Shown one piece after another: positions 29,979 to 39,767 of a DNA stretch of 56,537 bases (its first letter is position 1; each line of letters starts with the position of its first letter). The DNA lies in contig CAMNHG010000001.1 in assembly GCA_946539105.1 (NCBI GenBank), forward strand, positions 1-56,537, given 5' to 3'. A model generated the notes under the pieces. It had not been told where the DNA came from. It saw nothing but the letters and a program-made list of their open reading frames with translations, and searched no databases. Source of the DNA: an uncultured Clostridia bacterium. Lineage in GTDB: Bacteria; Bacillota; Clostridia; Oscillospirales; Acutalibacteraceae. The position numbers and the translations under genes are program-made.

Positions 29979-30475
29979 TAAAGCTCAGCCACCTTAGTTT
30001 GCATTGCCAAATCTTTTTCCGCAACGCCTTTTTCCATATCCAGCTTCATATTCTCCAGCTTTTGCGCGAGCACATCGTCAGAGAGCGCGAGCATTTCTAC
30101 CGCAAGGATTGCCGCGTTTGCCGCGCCGTCAACCGCAACTGTCGCTACCGGAATGCCGGTGGGCATCATCACAGTCGCCAAAAGCGCGTCCATACCGTCG
30201 AGCTGGGCTGATTTACAGGGGATTCCGATTACGGGCAGGGTTGTTTTTGCCGCAAGCACACCCGCAAGATGAGCCGCCATACCTGCCGCCGCGATAATCA
30301 CGCCGAAGCCGTTTTTCTTTGCGTTTGCCGAAAACTCAATCGCCTTGTCCGGAGTTCTGTGCGCGCTCATTACATGAACCTCATAAGGAACATCAAACTC
30401 CTTCAGCTTTTTTACCGCCTTTTGAACAACGGGAAAATCGCTGTCTGAACCCATTATGATTGCAACCTTTTTCAT
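29978..30475 (-). CDS. purE: N5-CAIR mutase / AIR carboxylase
   Basis: MGSDSD, SAHRTP and AGMAAHL motifs; start moved to MKKVA (AAGGAG RBS). Confidence 0.95.
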   Translation of the reverse strand: MKKVAIIMGSDSDFPVVQKAVKKLKEFDVPYEVHVMSAHRTPDKAIEFSANAKKNGFGVIIAAAGMAAHLAGVLAAKTTLPVIGIPCKSAQLDGMDALLATVMMPTGIPVATVAVDGAANAAILAVEMLALSDDVLAQKLENMKLDMEKGVAEKDLAMQTKVAEL

Positions 30476-30527
30476 ATCGTTACTCCTTATAATTAATCTG
30501 TATTTTTGAACATATTTTAACTTATTA

Positions 30528-30556
30528 ATTATATAAAATATAAAGTCAAATTTCAA
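30528..30556 (-). promoter_or_regulatory. SigA promoter of pur operon
   Basis: TTGAAA-17 bp-TATAAT. Confidence 0.7.
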
Positions 30557-30591
30557 TAGCGTAAAAGAATTATAAGTAAATAGTTTATTAA

Positions 30592-30619
30592 ATAAAAAAG
30601 GACAGAACACTCTGCCCTT
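30592..30619 (-). terminator. Intrinsic terminator of nfeD-SPFH-DUF1113 operon
   Basis: AAGGGCAGA-gtgt-TCTGTCCTT followed by a T-run on the minus strand. Confidence 0.7.
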
Positions 30620-30626
30620 CGGTTTT

Positions 30627-30787
30627 TATACTAATTCCTGATAGAAAGTAGACTTATATTTTGCGAGGATTTTTTTCGCAAGACAAGGCGAAGGACGCGG
30701 CAAGGCTGACGCCTTGCAAGGACGACAACGCAGTATTGCGGAAAATAGACCGCAAAGATTGTCTACTTTTTATTAGGTATTAGTATT
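30627..30787. mobile_element. ERIC/Correia-like miniature inverted-repeat element (~160 bp)
   Basis: Terminal IR ATACTAATTCCTGATAGAAAGTAGAC vs reverse complement ATACTAATACCTAATAAAAAGTAGAC; internal CAAGGCG...CAACGCAG; central GCAAGGC-tgac-GCCTTGC hairpin. Confidence 0.7.
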
Positions 30788-32228
30788 ATTTGGATTTTGC
30801 TTTTTCGGCACTGCTTTTTTGCAATTCTTCCAGCGAGTCGCTGTCGCGCATATGCGGAAAAAGCGTTTTCATTCTGTCATCGTTAAAATGATTGTCAAGA
30901 TATCTTTCAAAAGAATTTGCCGGCGGTTTTCCCACCGCGCGCTGATTCCAGCGGTAAATAGACGCGCTTGTGATAAAAGCGTTGTAAAGCATAAAGATAA
31001 ATACTACAACCACTATAACCGAACCTTGCTTTTTGGGTATTTTCTCGATTAGCTTTGAGGCGAACGGATAAATATAACGAATCCACACCAAGCCTAAAAA
31101 TCCCCAGAAAAGAGAGTAAAGCAGACAGGTTCTTCCGCCGATATTAAGGGGCATATCGCTGTAATCCCACGAAACCGTACCCAAGAATGTTTCCTGTCCC
31201 CATGAACAAATATACTCAAAAAACGCTCCGAGTGCCGCGCTGATTATAAAAATCAGCGTATCGCTCAGCTTATAGAGTTTATACAGGACGGTTGTTAACA
31301 GCACGGCTCCTCCGCCGTAAACAGGAATAAACGGTCCGTAAACAACACCTACACGAAGCTCAAAGTGTCCTTCTACAAAAAGCGCGTAAACGGTTTCGAT
31401 ACACGTTCCCACAAAAGAACCGACCATCAATAAAATAAACAGCTTTTCAAAACAAAAGCCCGAGGCAAACGGCTTATCTTCCTTTTTTTCATAGTATTGT
31501 TCAAATTCTTTTTTATTATCCTCTTTTATCTCATCGAGCTTATCTCTGACCTTTTTTATATACGCGGTGCGCTTTAATTCGGGAAAAGCCTGAACCATTC
31601 TTTCGCGAAGAATGCTGTTGGTAAAGATTTTATTATAATTTCTTTCAAGCTCCTTAAGCTGCTCCGCGCTTTCCTCGTCATTCAAAAATTCCGCGTCATA
31701 TTTAGCTATTTTTAAGCGTTTTTTTAGTCTGTGAATTGTAATTATCGAGAAAACAAAGTCAATCAACATCAATAGAGCTATAGACAAGGATATGATAATG
31801 CTGATTATATCGGGAATTTTATTAATGCCGATTGTAAGAAGCGGTATGAGAATTTTTACACAGAACACACCTCCGAGTCCCATAATTACAACGAAAGGAA
31901 ATGTAAGGTAACTGCCGATATTGAACTTCAACTCGGAAAAATCCCAAGGCTTACAGCCGAGAACTTTTTCTCCGATTACGCCTGCCAATACCGTAAAAAA
32001 CGACAAAAGCAAAGCAGTGCCGATAAAAATAATAAAAAAATTATTTGTTAACGGCTTAAAAACGACATAACAAATTACCGCTCCCGCTCCGTACGAAGGA
32101 CAGAACGGGAGTGTTAAAAACCCTTTATTATAAAACTTTTTTTCACTGAAAAAGTGATACAGGCTGCTGAAAAGCCAGCCGAGAAATGATATTATTATAA
32201 AATACCAGAGTAAATGTATCCAGTACAA
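30786..32228 (-). CDS. Membrane protein with two DUF1113/CmpB-like (putative ABC permease) domains
   Basis: Two copies of the SFxG..E / GP(F)xPxYGxG / WD(Y/F)S..(F/L)NIG pattern, separated by a charged coiled linker. Confidence 0.7.
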   Translation of the reverse strand: MYWIHLLWYFIIISFLGWLFSSLYHFFSEKKFYNKGFLTLPFCPSYGAGAVICYVVFKPLTNNFFIIFIGTALLLSFFTVLAGVIGEKVLGCKPWDFSELKFNIGSYLTFPFVVIMGLGGVFCVKILIPLLTIGINKIPDIISIIISLSIALLMLIDFVFSIITIHRLKKRLKIAKYDAEFLNDEESAEQLKELERNYNKIFTNSILRERMVQAFPELKRTAYIKKVRDKLDEIKEDNKKEFEQYYEKKEDKPFASGFCFEKLFILLMVGSFVGTCIETVYALFVEGHFELRVGVVYGPFIPVYGGGAVLLTTVLYKLYKLSDTLIFIISAALGAFFEYICSWGQETFLGTVSWDYSDMPLNIGGRTCLLYSLFWGFLGLVWIRYIYPFASKLIEKIPKKQGSVIVVVVFIFMLYNAFITSASIYRWNQRAVGKPPANSFERYLDNHFNDDRMKTLFPHMRDSDSLEELQKSSAEKAKSK

Positions 32229-32243
32229 AACATCACCTAAAAT

Positions 32244-33146
32244 TTATTTTTTGTCTTGCCAGATTTCCTTGACAGCGGTAACTGTGCCGGCAAGTCCCTG
32301 AATATCAGACGGAATGATAATCTTTGTCGCCTGTCCGTCTGCAGCCTTTGCGAACGCTTCAAGGCTCTTAAGCTGAATGATTCTATCGGTAGGCGCAGCT
32401 TCGTTTAGCATTTTAAGCGCGTCAGCATTAGCTTTTTGTACAGTCATAATAGCCTCTGCCTCACCCTGAGCCTCACGGATTTTCTGCTCCTTAACTGCGT
32501 CCGCCTTAAGAATAGCAGATTCCTTTAAGCCCTCGGCAACAAGAATCTGACTGCGCTTTTCACCCTCGGCGTCAAGAATACGGGCGCGTCTTTCGCGTTC
32601 TGCCTTCATCTGCTTTTCCATCGCGTCCTGAATTTCGCGCGGAGGAAGGATGTTTTTAAGCTCTACACGGATTACCCTGATTCCCCATGCGTCGGTGGCT
32701 TCATCAAGGATAATCCTGATTTTATCGTTAATTGTGTCGCGCGATGTCAGAGTATTATCGAGCTCCAAATCACCGATGATATTTCTCAAAGTGGTCGCTG
32801 TAAGATTTTCAATAGCACTGAGCGGACGCTCTACGCCGTAGGTGTACAGCTTAGGATCGGTAATTTCAAAGTAAACTACAGTATCAATCTGCATTGTTAC
32901 GTTATCGCGAGTGATAACGGGCTGAGGCGGAAAATCCACAACCTGTTCCTTGAGAGATACCCTCTTTGAAATACGGTCGATAAACGGAACCTTAAGATGA
33001 AGTCCGGTATCCCAAGTAGCGTGATACGCTCCTAACCGCTCAATTACAAAGGCATGCGCCTGAGGTACGATTTTGATGTTTCTGACAATTAAGATTAAAA
33101 TTATCAGAGCAATGACGCTTAAAATAATAATTCCAAAAACCGGCAT
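32244..33146 (-). CDS. SPFH / band 7 (stomatin-like) protein
   Basis: IERLG, VITRDNV, TTLRNIIG and MEKQMKAERERRA motifs. Confidence 0.92.
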   Translation of the reverse strand: MPVFGIIILSVIALIILILIVRNIKIVPQAHAFVIERLGAYHATWDTGLHLKVPFIDRISKRVSLKEQVVDFPPQPVITRDNVTMQIDTVVYFEITDPKLYTYGVERPLSAIENLTATTLRNIIGDLELDNTLTSRDTINDKIRIILDEATDAWGIRVIRVELKNILPPREIQDAMEKQMKAERERRARILDAEGEKRSQILVAEGLKESAILKADAVKEQKIREAQGEAEAIMTVQKANADALKMLNEAAPTDRIIQLKSLEAFAKAADGQATKIIIPSDIQGLAGTVTAVKEIWQDKK

Positions 33147-33148
33147 AA

Positions 33149-33595
33149 TTAATCCTCCTTATTCTCCGGCTTAACAATCAGCTTTACACCCTTGATTGCA
33201 AGCACTTTAACGTTTGTATTCTCGGCGATGGGCGCGTAATCTGAAGCGGCACTCCATGTCTGTCCCATTACCTTGACCTGTCCGACGTCTAAATTGGATT
33301 TAATCCCGGAAATTACAACGCCGGTTTTTCCGATTAGTCTGTCGGCGTTTGTTCCGACAGCTTTTGATTTATTTCTGAGCTTTTTAACAATGGGCCTTGT
33401 GATTAATAAGGCGGCTGCCGAAAAAGCCAAAAATACAATGATTTGAATAAAAAAATTAGGGGTGAATATTGTTGTGACCGCCGCGGCGACAGCACCAAAA
33501 ACGAACCAAATAGACACAAGCTGGGTTGTCGCAGCCTCGCAAATCGCCATAACAACAGCAAATCCTATCCATATAAACGGCATATACTTTTCCAT
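33149..33595 (-). CDS. NfeD family protein
   Basis: TM N-terminus and LIGKTG...GQVKVMGQTWSA OB-fold; next to SPFH gene. Start moved to MEKYM. Confidence 0.88.
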   Translation of the reverse strand: MEKYMPFIWIGFAVVMAICEAATTQLVSIWFVFGAVAAAVTTIFTPNFFIQIIVFLAFSAAALLITRPIVKKLRNKSKAVGTNADRLIGKTGVVISGIKSNLDVGQVKVMGQTWSAASDYAPIAENTNVKVLAIKGVKLIVKPENKED

Positions 33596-33730
33596 ATCAC
33601 TGCTCCTCCCTATATTTGACAATATAATAACATATATTAAATAATCAGTCAATTATTTTTCTGTTTGTACTACACTTTTTTTATATTATGTGTTATAATA
33701 TTATAAATATTTTCTTTGAAGGTGATTTAT

Positions 33731-34336
33731 ATGCTTTTTAATACCTTTGACGAGGGAATTGCTCCCGGCGGACTAAGAAGTAAATATGAGATAAAAACCT
33801 TGATTTGCTATCTTTATTATTCTGTTAAAGAAAATATGAGCAGAGATTTGGTAATTGAAGCCATCAGAGAGGACGAGCTTGCTAACTTTTTTGAGGTGAG
33901 CGCGGCTTTTGATGAGCTTGTTTCGGACAAAAGCCTGATTGAAGCGGAAAGCGTTGACAATGAACAGACCTATACTCTCAGCGAAAACGGCAAAATGATC
34001 GCTATGCAGCTCGACTCTACCGTTGCGTATTCCGTTAAGGACAAAGCACTTAAATGCGCGATCAAGCTGCTTGCCGATAAAAAGACTGCAAGGGAGAATT
34101 TTGTCGAGATTGAAAAGACCGAAAACGGATTTAATGTAAAGTGTACGGTTTCGGGCGGTGACGTGGATTTGCTCAGCTTTACTCTTTACGCGCCGGATAT
34201 TGACCAGGCGGAGATTATTAAAAAGAGCTTTTTAAGCTACCCATCCACTGTGTATAAGTCGATGCTCGCGCTTATGACCAAGGACAGAGAGAGCGTAGGC
34301 GAAGCACTCGAAGAAGTTTACGGACAGATTGACTGA
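33731..34336 (+). CDS. DUF4364 family protein
   Basis: EIKTLICYL, NFFEV and YTLSENG winged-helix-like pattern. Confidence 0.6.
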   Translation: MLFNTFDEGIAPGGLRSKYEIKTLICYLYYSVKENMSRDLVIEAIREDELANFFEVSAAFDELVSDKSLIEAESVDNEQTYTLSENGKMIAMQLDSTVAYSVKDKALKCAIKLLADKKTARENFVEIEKTENGFNVKCTVSGGDVDLLSFTLYAPDIDQAEIIKKSFLSYPSTVYKSMLALMTKDRESVGEALEEVYGQID

Positions 34337-34349
34337 GGAGGGAATAATT

Positions 34350-34742
34350 ATGAAAAAACTAATCGCGTTTATTTTTGCCGTTATAATTATGATAACCGTT
34401 TGCGGCTGCGGAAATGTTACCAAAGCGGATATTATGCTGACGCCTTCGCAGAGGTACAGTGAAAAGGAGCTTACCACCGCCGCAAACATAACCAAGACTT
34501 ATTTTATGATGAATTACGACGGCTGTACGCTTAACTATATCAGCTATAATGACGATGTTAATGAAAAGAAACGCGAGGATAATCTTTTTAGGTATTTAAA
34601 TCCGGACAGAGCCGGTAATATTAAGGACATCGTACAATTTGATGTGAGTTACACGGATAAGGATAACGCTGAGAAAACGAAAGATTATATCGTTGCGCGT
34701 TACGAAAACAGCGGTTGGGAAATTCTCGACCACGGAGTTTAA
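34350..34742 (+). CDS. Hypothetical lipoprotein
   Basis: GGAGGG RBS; signal peptide with lipobox VCGC. Confidence 0.65.
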   Translation: MKKLIAFIFAVIIMITVCGCGNVTKADIMLTPSQRYSEKELTTAANITKTYFMMNYDGCTLNYISYNDDVNEKKREDNLFRYLNPDRAGNIKDIVQFDVSYTDKDNAEKTKDYIVARYENSGWEILDHGV

Positions 34743-34755
34743 TGATTTATAATAC

Positions 34756-34784
34756 AAAAACTGTCATCCGATTGGGTGACAGTT
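34756..34784. terminator. Bidirectional terminator
   Basis: AACTGTCATCC-gatt-GGGTGACAGTT. Confidence 0.75.
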
Positions 34785-34790
34785 CTCTTT

Positions 34791-35051
34791 TTAAAAGAAA
34801 ATATTAAGTACAAGCATCAGCGTTACTCCCGGCACACCGCCGATTACAGAAACAAGTACAGACAGCAGGCTGACAGGTATGTAAACATGTGTAAAGCCCG
34901 AGCTGAGGTTAACGGCTATCAGAGTTAACGCTCCGGTTATCATTGAAAGAATCGCTCTTTTTAAAGGGTGTTTTTTCCCTGAGAAAAAATGAAGCATTCC
35001 AAAAAGAATAAGACATCCGGATAAAATCAGTACAATTCCCCACCAAGGCAT
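34791..35051 (-). CDS. bofA: Pro-sigmaK processing inhibitor BofA family
   Basis: 86-aa hydrophobic protein with G..TLIAVN and GGVPGV pattern; SigE-like promoter upstream. Confidence 0.75.
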   Translation of the reverse strand: MPWWGIVLILSGCLILFGMLHFFSGKKHPLKRAILSMITGALTLIAVNLSSGFTHVYIPVSLLSVLVSVIGGVPGVTLMLVLNIFF

Positions 35052-35098
35052 ATAAACATCTCCGCAAAATAAAAATAGACCGCCGTTACCGACAGTCT

Positions 35099-35126
35099 AT
35101 TATATGCTTTTGATGTTTAACTTATG
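35099..35126 (-). promoter_or_regulatory. SigE-type promoter for bofA
   Basis: cATA-16 bp-CATATAAT on the minus strand. Confidence 0.55.
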
Positions 35127-35130
35127 TTTA

Positions 35131-35382
35131 TTAAAGAAGGTTAAAGTAAGAAAGCACGTTGAGCGCGATTACGAAAAGTACGAATACCGCAGCGAAAACC
35201 TTTGTCCAACGTGACAGGAACGCGTCGATTGAGCGAGCCTTGTTCTTGGAAAAGTATGAGTCCGCAGCACCTGTAACAACGCCGATGCCCTGCTGGTTAC
35301 CTTCCTGTAAAATAATGACAACAATAATTGCGATTGAAACTATAGCGAGTAAAACACCGAGTACAATACCTAATGCATTCAT
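35131..35382 (-). CDS. secG: Preprotein translocase subunit SecG
   Basis: Two TMs; IILQEG...GAADSYF...LSRWT. Start moved to MNALG. Confidence 0.88.
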   Translation of the reverse strand: MNALGIVLGVLLAIVSIAIIVVIILQEGNQQGIGVVTGAADSYFSKNKARSIDAFLSRWTKVFAAVFVLFVIALNVLSYFNLL

Positions 35383-35501
35383 ATTTATCTTCCTTTCATA
35401 TTGCGAAAACCGCATCAAAATTATTATTCAACTTATACATATTAACATAATATAATCTATTTTTCAAGAGATTTTTTAAATTTTTACAAATAAATTATTA
35501 A

Positions 35502-37745
35502 TTATATAAGAGAAAGCTGTTCATCCATACTGTCCTCGTTCGACGGAAGTGCTCCCAGAGCAGGCAATGAACGCGTACGGTAACGCTGCGGTTTTTTGAA
35601 CATTCCCTCTTTATACTCGGTAAATTCAAAGAGAGTGTGTCCTTTTTTGAGCTTCATAACCGCTACGCCCTGGGTTGACCTAGTGGTTTTAAGAGCGAGA
35701 GCTCCCGTGTGGACGAGCAACATTCTGCCTGACGAAGCCTTAAGCAAAATATCCTTGTCCTCATCAATAAACATTGCGGAAGCAAGTCTTGATTTGTCGG
35801 AATATGCGTTTGTCAGCTTTTTGCGGTTTGTTTTAGTCGCGTAGGATTCAAGCGGAATTTTTGCCAGCTTGCCGTTTTCAAAACCGAAGAGCATAATACC
35901 CTTGTAGTCCTTTGTGGCTACCATATAAACAGCGTTTTCGCCCTCGTCCATTCCGAGCTTGGCGGCTACATACTCACCCAAAACGCTCGCCTTTGTATCA
36001 GCAAAATCATCAGCCTTCGCCTTGTAAACCTGCGCTTTATCGCTGAAGAACAGCAAATCGCAGTCGTTTGAAAGCTCAATGGTCTGGGTGATTTCGTCAC
36101 CCTCCTTTAGCTTTTGATTGCTTCCCATTCTGAGCGACAGGGGCTTAATCTTCTTAAAGTAGCCCTCTTTTGTGAAGAAGAAGGTGCATGCAAAGTCGTC
36201 AACGGTCTCTTTTTCCTCGACATAAACCGCCGTGTCCTCGTATATTATCATACTGCGGCGCGGCTGGCCGTATTTTTCGGCGACAGCCTTAAGCTCTTTA
36301 ACGATAATCGTCTTTACTCTCGCCTTGCTTTTGAGGATATCATCGAGCTCGGCAATTTCTTTTTCGAGATTTTCAATATCCTGAGTACGCTTTAAAATAT
36401 ACTCGCGGTTTAAATGTCTGAGCTTGATTTCAGCAACATATTCCGCCTGGGTTTTGTCAATGCCGAAGCCAATCATAAGGTTTGGTACAACCTCGATTTC
36501 CTCGTCGGTCTCGCGGATAATCTTAATCGCCTTGTCAATATCGAGCAGGATTTTTTCAAGACCCTTTAAGAGGTGGAGTTTGTCTGCCTTTTTAGTGCGG
36601 TCATAGTAGGTTCTGCGCTTTACGCACTCAATTCTGAAGGCTATCCACTCCTCAAGCAGTTCCTTAACTCCGAGAACCATAGGAACTCCGCCGATAAGAA
36701 CGTTGAAGTTACAGGCAAATGAATCCTCAAGCGTAGTCAGCTTAAACAGCTTTGCCATCAGCTTGTCGGGATCTGTTCCGCGCTTTAGGTCGATAGTGAT
36801 TTTAAGACCGTCAATACCGGTTTCGTCGCGGATATCGGAGATTTCCTTGACCTTACCCTGCTTAACGAGGTCAATAACTTTTTCGATAATAACCTCGCAG
36901 GTTGTGGTGCTGGGAATCGACAGCACGTCAATGCAGTTTGCGGATTTATCGTAGGCGTACTTTGCGCGGAGCTTGATGCTGCCTCTTCCCGTCTCGTACA
37001 CCTGGTCGAATACTTTTTCATCATATATAATCTGACAACCGCCGATAAAATCGGGTGCCGGCAGAGTAGATTTTATATCGTGCTTTGGGTCGCGGATAAG
37101 CGCGGCAGTGGTCTCGCAAATCTCCCTTAGATTAAACGAGCAGATATTAGAAGCCATACCTACCGCAATACCGGTGTTTGCGTTAACAAGCACCGACGGA
37201 AAGACTGTCGGCAAAAGCGAAGGTTCCTTCATCGTGTTATCGTAGTTATCCACGAAGTCAACGGTGTCCTTGTCAATATCCCTGAACAGCTCGTTGCAGA
37301 TAGGAGCCAGCTTTGCTTCGGTATAACGCGAAGCCGCCCATGCCATATCGCGGCTGTAAAATTTACCGAAGTTACCCTTTGAGTCAACATACGGATGAAG
37401 CAAAGCCTCGTATCCGCGCGAAAGTCTTACCATTGTGTCGTAAATTGCGGAGTCACCGTGAGGGTTTAGCTTCATTGTCGCGCCGACGATATTCGCTGAC
37501 TTTGTGCGCGAGCCTGTTAACAAGCCCATCTTGTACATTGTGTAGAGCAGCTTGCGGTGAGATGGCTTAAAGCCGTCAATCTCGGGTATTGCGCGCGATA
37601 AAATAACGCTCATTGCGTAGGGCATAAAATTTTCTCGGATGGTGGAAACTATCGGCTGTTCCACAACCTCGCCCGCTCCCTTTATATAGCCCTTTTGCGT
37701 TTCGGCTTTAGCGGATTTTTTTGTTGTTCTTTTTCTGGGTGCCAA
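35502..37745 (-). CDS. parC: Type IIA topoisomerase subunit A (probable topoisomerase IV ParC)
   Basis: DGFKPSHR, PHGDSAIY, ASRYTE catalytic Tyr and GIAVGMA; no QxRGGKG GyrA-box seen. Confidence 0.75.
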   Translation of the reverse strand: MAPRKRTTKKSAKAETQKGYIKGAGEVVEQPIVSTIRENFMPYAMSVILSRAIPEIDGFKPSHRKLLYTMYKMGLLTGSRTKSANIVGATMKLNPHGDSAIYDTMVRLSRGYEALLHPYVDSKGNFGKFYSRDMAWAASRYTEAKLAPICNELFRDIDKDTVDFVDNYDNTMKEPSLLPTVFPSVLVNANTGIAVGMASNICSFNLREICETTAALIRDPKHDIKSTLPAPDFIGGCQIIYDEKVFDQVYETGRGSIKLRAKYAYDKSANCIDVLSIPSTTTCEVIIEKVIDLVKQGKVKEISDIRDETGIDGLKITIDLKRGTDPDKLMAKLFKLTTLEDSFACNFNVLIGGVPMVLGVKELLEEWIAFRIECVKRRTYYDRTKKADKLHLLKGLEKILLDIDKAIKIIRETDEEIEVVPNLMIGFGIDKTQAEYVAEIKLRHLNREYILKRTQDIENLEKEIAELDDILKSKARVKTIIVKELKAVAEKYGQPRRSMIIYEDTAVYVEEKETVDDFACTFFFTKEGYFKKIKPLSLRMGSNQKLKEGDEITQTIELSNDCDLLFFSDKAQVYKAKADDFADTKASVLGEYVAAKLGMDEGENAVYMVATKDYKGIMLFGFENGKLAKIPLESYATKTNRKKLTNAYSDKSRLASAMFIDEDKDILLKASSGRMLLVHTGALALKTTRSTQGVAVMKLKKGHTLFEFTEYKEGMFKKPQRYRTRSLPALGALPSNEDSMDEQLSLI

Positions 37746-37758
37746 TTATTCCACCTCC

Positions 37759-39744
37759 TTAGCTTACATCAAGATTGTCGATGTATTCGTTGCCGTGTTC
37801 AACAATATAGTCTTTTCTTGCCTGAAGATTGTTGCCGATTAAAATATCAAAAATTTCGGCGGTTTGAGCCGCGTCGTCAGGCATTACCTTAATTAAGCGT
37901 CTGGTTTTCGGGTTCATTGTGGTGAGGTTCATCATATCCGGATCGTTCTCACCGAGACCCTTGCTTCGCTGAATAGTGAACTTTTCGTCGCCGATTTTTG
38001 TTAAAAATTCGTCCTTTTCAAGCTCGTCATACGCAAAGTAAACCTCGCTTTTGGTGGTGATTTCATACAGAGGTGACTCGGCGATGAACACCTTTCCCTC
38101 GCGGATAAGCGTCGGCACAAGGCGGTAAAGCATGGTTAATAGCATTGTGCGGATATGAAATCCGTCAACGTCGGCATCGGTGCAGATTATAACCTTGTTC
38201 CAGCGCAGAGCGTCCAAATCAAAGGTCGCGAGATTTTTGTTGGATTTCGACTTTACCTCAACGCCGCAGCCAAGCACCTTGAGCAAATCGGTGATAATAT
38301 CGCTTTTGAAAATGCGGTCGTAATCAACCTTAAGGCAGTTGAGGATTTTACCGCGTATTGGCATAATCGCCTGAAAATCAGGGTCTCTCGCGAGGATACA
38401 CGCACCCTTCGCGGAGTCGCCCTCTACGATAAATAATTCTCTTGAAGAAATATCTTTGCTGCGGCAATCGGTAAACTTCTCAACTCTGTTTGTCATATCA
38501 AGATTGCCCGACAGCTTCTTTTTAATATTGAGCCTTGTTTTCTCGGCGTTTTCGCGGCTGCGCTTATTTACAAGCACCTGCTCCGCGATTTTTTCAGCCT
38601 CGATGGGATTTTCTATAAAATAAATCTCAAGGCTCTGGCGCAAAAACGCCGTCATAGCGTCCTGGATACCCTTGTTTGTAACCGCCTTTTTGGTCTGGTT
38701 TTCGTAAGAAGAAACGCTGGAAAAAGACGAGATAACGCAAACAAGACAATCCTCAACGTCGTCGTACTTGATTTTGCTTTCGGTTTTGTTGTATTTATTG
38801 TTGGTTTTTAAGTAATTATCAATCTGGTAAACAAAGGCGTTTCTTACCGCCTTATCGGGAGCTCCGCCGTGCTCGAGCCAGCTTGAATTGTGGTAATATT
38901 CCGTTAGGTTTACCTTGTTTGAAAACGCCACGGCGATGTCCATTTTGCACTTGTATTCGGGCTTATCATCACGGTCACGGGTTTTAACCTCTGTCTGCCA
39001 ATGCTGAACAGAGGTAAGTCCTCCCTCGCCTATTACCTCAGCGACGTGGTCAACAACGCCGTTTGCGTATAAAAATGAAGTGGTGTCGTAGCTTCTGCCG
39101 TTTTGATTGCGGAAAATAAACTCAACGCCTGCGTTTACGATTGCCTGACGCTTCATAATGTCAATGAAATATTCGGGCTGAATCGCGATATCGGTAAACA
39201 CCTCTAAATCGGGCTTCCATGTGATTTTTGTACCTGTATCCTTTTTGCTGTACGGCTCTTTCTTAAGTCCGCCTACATTTTCGCCCTTTTCAAAATGCAG
39301 GGTGTAGCGGTAGCCGTCACGGCGGATGTCAACGTCCATATACTCGGAGCTGTACTGGGTTGAGCACAAACCTAAGCCGTTCATACCAAGCGAAAACTCA
39401 TAGCTTTCGCCCTCATTATTGTTGTACTTGCCGCCTGCGTACATCTCGCAAAAGACAAGCTCCCAGTTGAAGCGTTCTTCCTTTTCGTTATAATCAACCG
39501 GGATTCCGCGTCCGTGATCTTCTACCTCAATAGAGCCGTCCGAGAACTTGGTAACGGTGATTTTTTTACCATAGCCCTCGCGCGCCTCGTCGATTGAGTT
39601 TGACAGAATTTCAAATACGGAATGCTGACAGCCGTCGATTCCGTCAGAACCGAAAATTACCGCAGGGCGTTTGCGGACTCTGTCCGCGCCCTTAAGCGTG
39701 GTAATACTGTCGTTTCCGTATTCCATGGTCTTTTTCCTAGCCAT
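37759..39744 (-). CDS. parE: Type IIA topoisomerase subunit B (probable ParE)
   Basis: EILSNSIDE, DHGRGIP, EGDSA, PIRGKILN, TDADVDG and KGLGE motifs. Confidence 0.75.
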   Translation of the reverse strand: MARKKTMEYGNDSITTLKGADRVRKRPAVIFGSDGIDGCQHSVFEILSNSIDEAREGYGKKITVTKFSDGSIEVEDHGRGIPVDYNEKEERFNWELVFCEMYAGGKYNNNEGESYEFSLGMNGLGLCSTQYSSEYMDVDIRRDGYRYTLHFEKGENVGGLKKEPYSKKDTGTKITWKPDLEVFTDIAIQPEYFIDIMKRQAIVNAGVEFIFRNQNGRSYDTTSFLYANGVVDHVAEVIGEGGLTSVQHWQTEVKTRDRDDKPEYKCKMDIAVAFSNKVNLTEYYHNSSWLEHGGAPDKAVRNAFVYQIDNYLKTNNKYNKTESKIKYDDVEDCLVCVISSFSSVSSYENQTKKAVTNKGIQDAMTAFLRQSLEIYFIENPIEAEKIAEQVLVNKRSRENAEKTRLNIKKKLSGNLDMTNRVEKFTDCRSKDISSRELFIVEGDSAKGACILARDPDFQAIMPIRGKILNCLKVDYDRIFKSDIITDLLKVLGCGVEVKSKSNKNLATFDLDALRWNKVIICTDADVDGFHIRTMLLTMLYRLVPTLIREGKVFIAESPLYEITTKSEVYFAYDELEKDEFLTKIGDEKFTIQRSKGLGENDPDMMNLTTMNPKTRRLIKVMPDDAAQTAEIFDILIGNNLQARKDYIVEHGNEYIDNLDVS

Positions 39745-39767
39745 TCATATACCTTCCTAATTTATAA

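Noticed and set aside
30476-30787. Possible purine/ZTP/PRPP riboswitch ahead of purE
   Set aside because: The structured region lies upstream of a terminator and of the SigA promoter, lacks recognisable aptamer consensus, and has MITE-like terminal repeats.
35502-39744. Calling the topoisomerase pair gyrA/gyrB
   Set aside because: No GyrA-box seen and no dnaA/recF context. Topo IV is preferred, but a phylogeny is needed to be sure.
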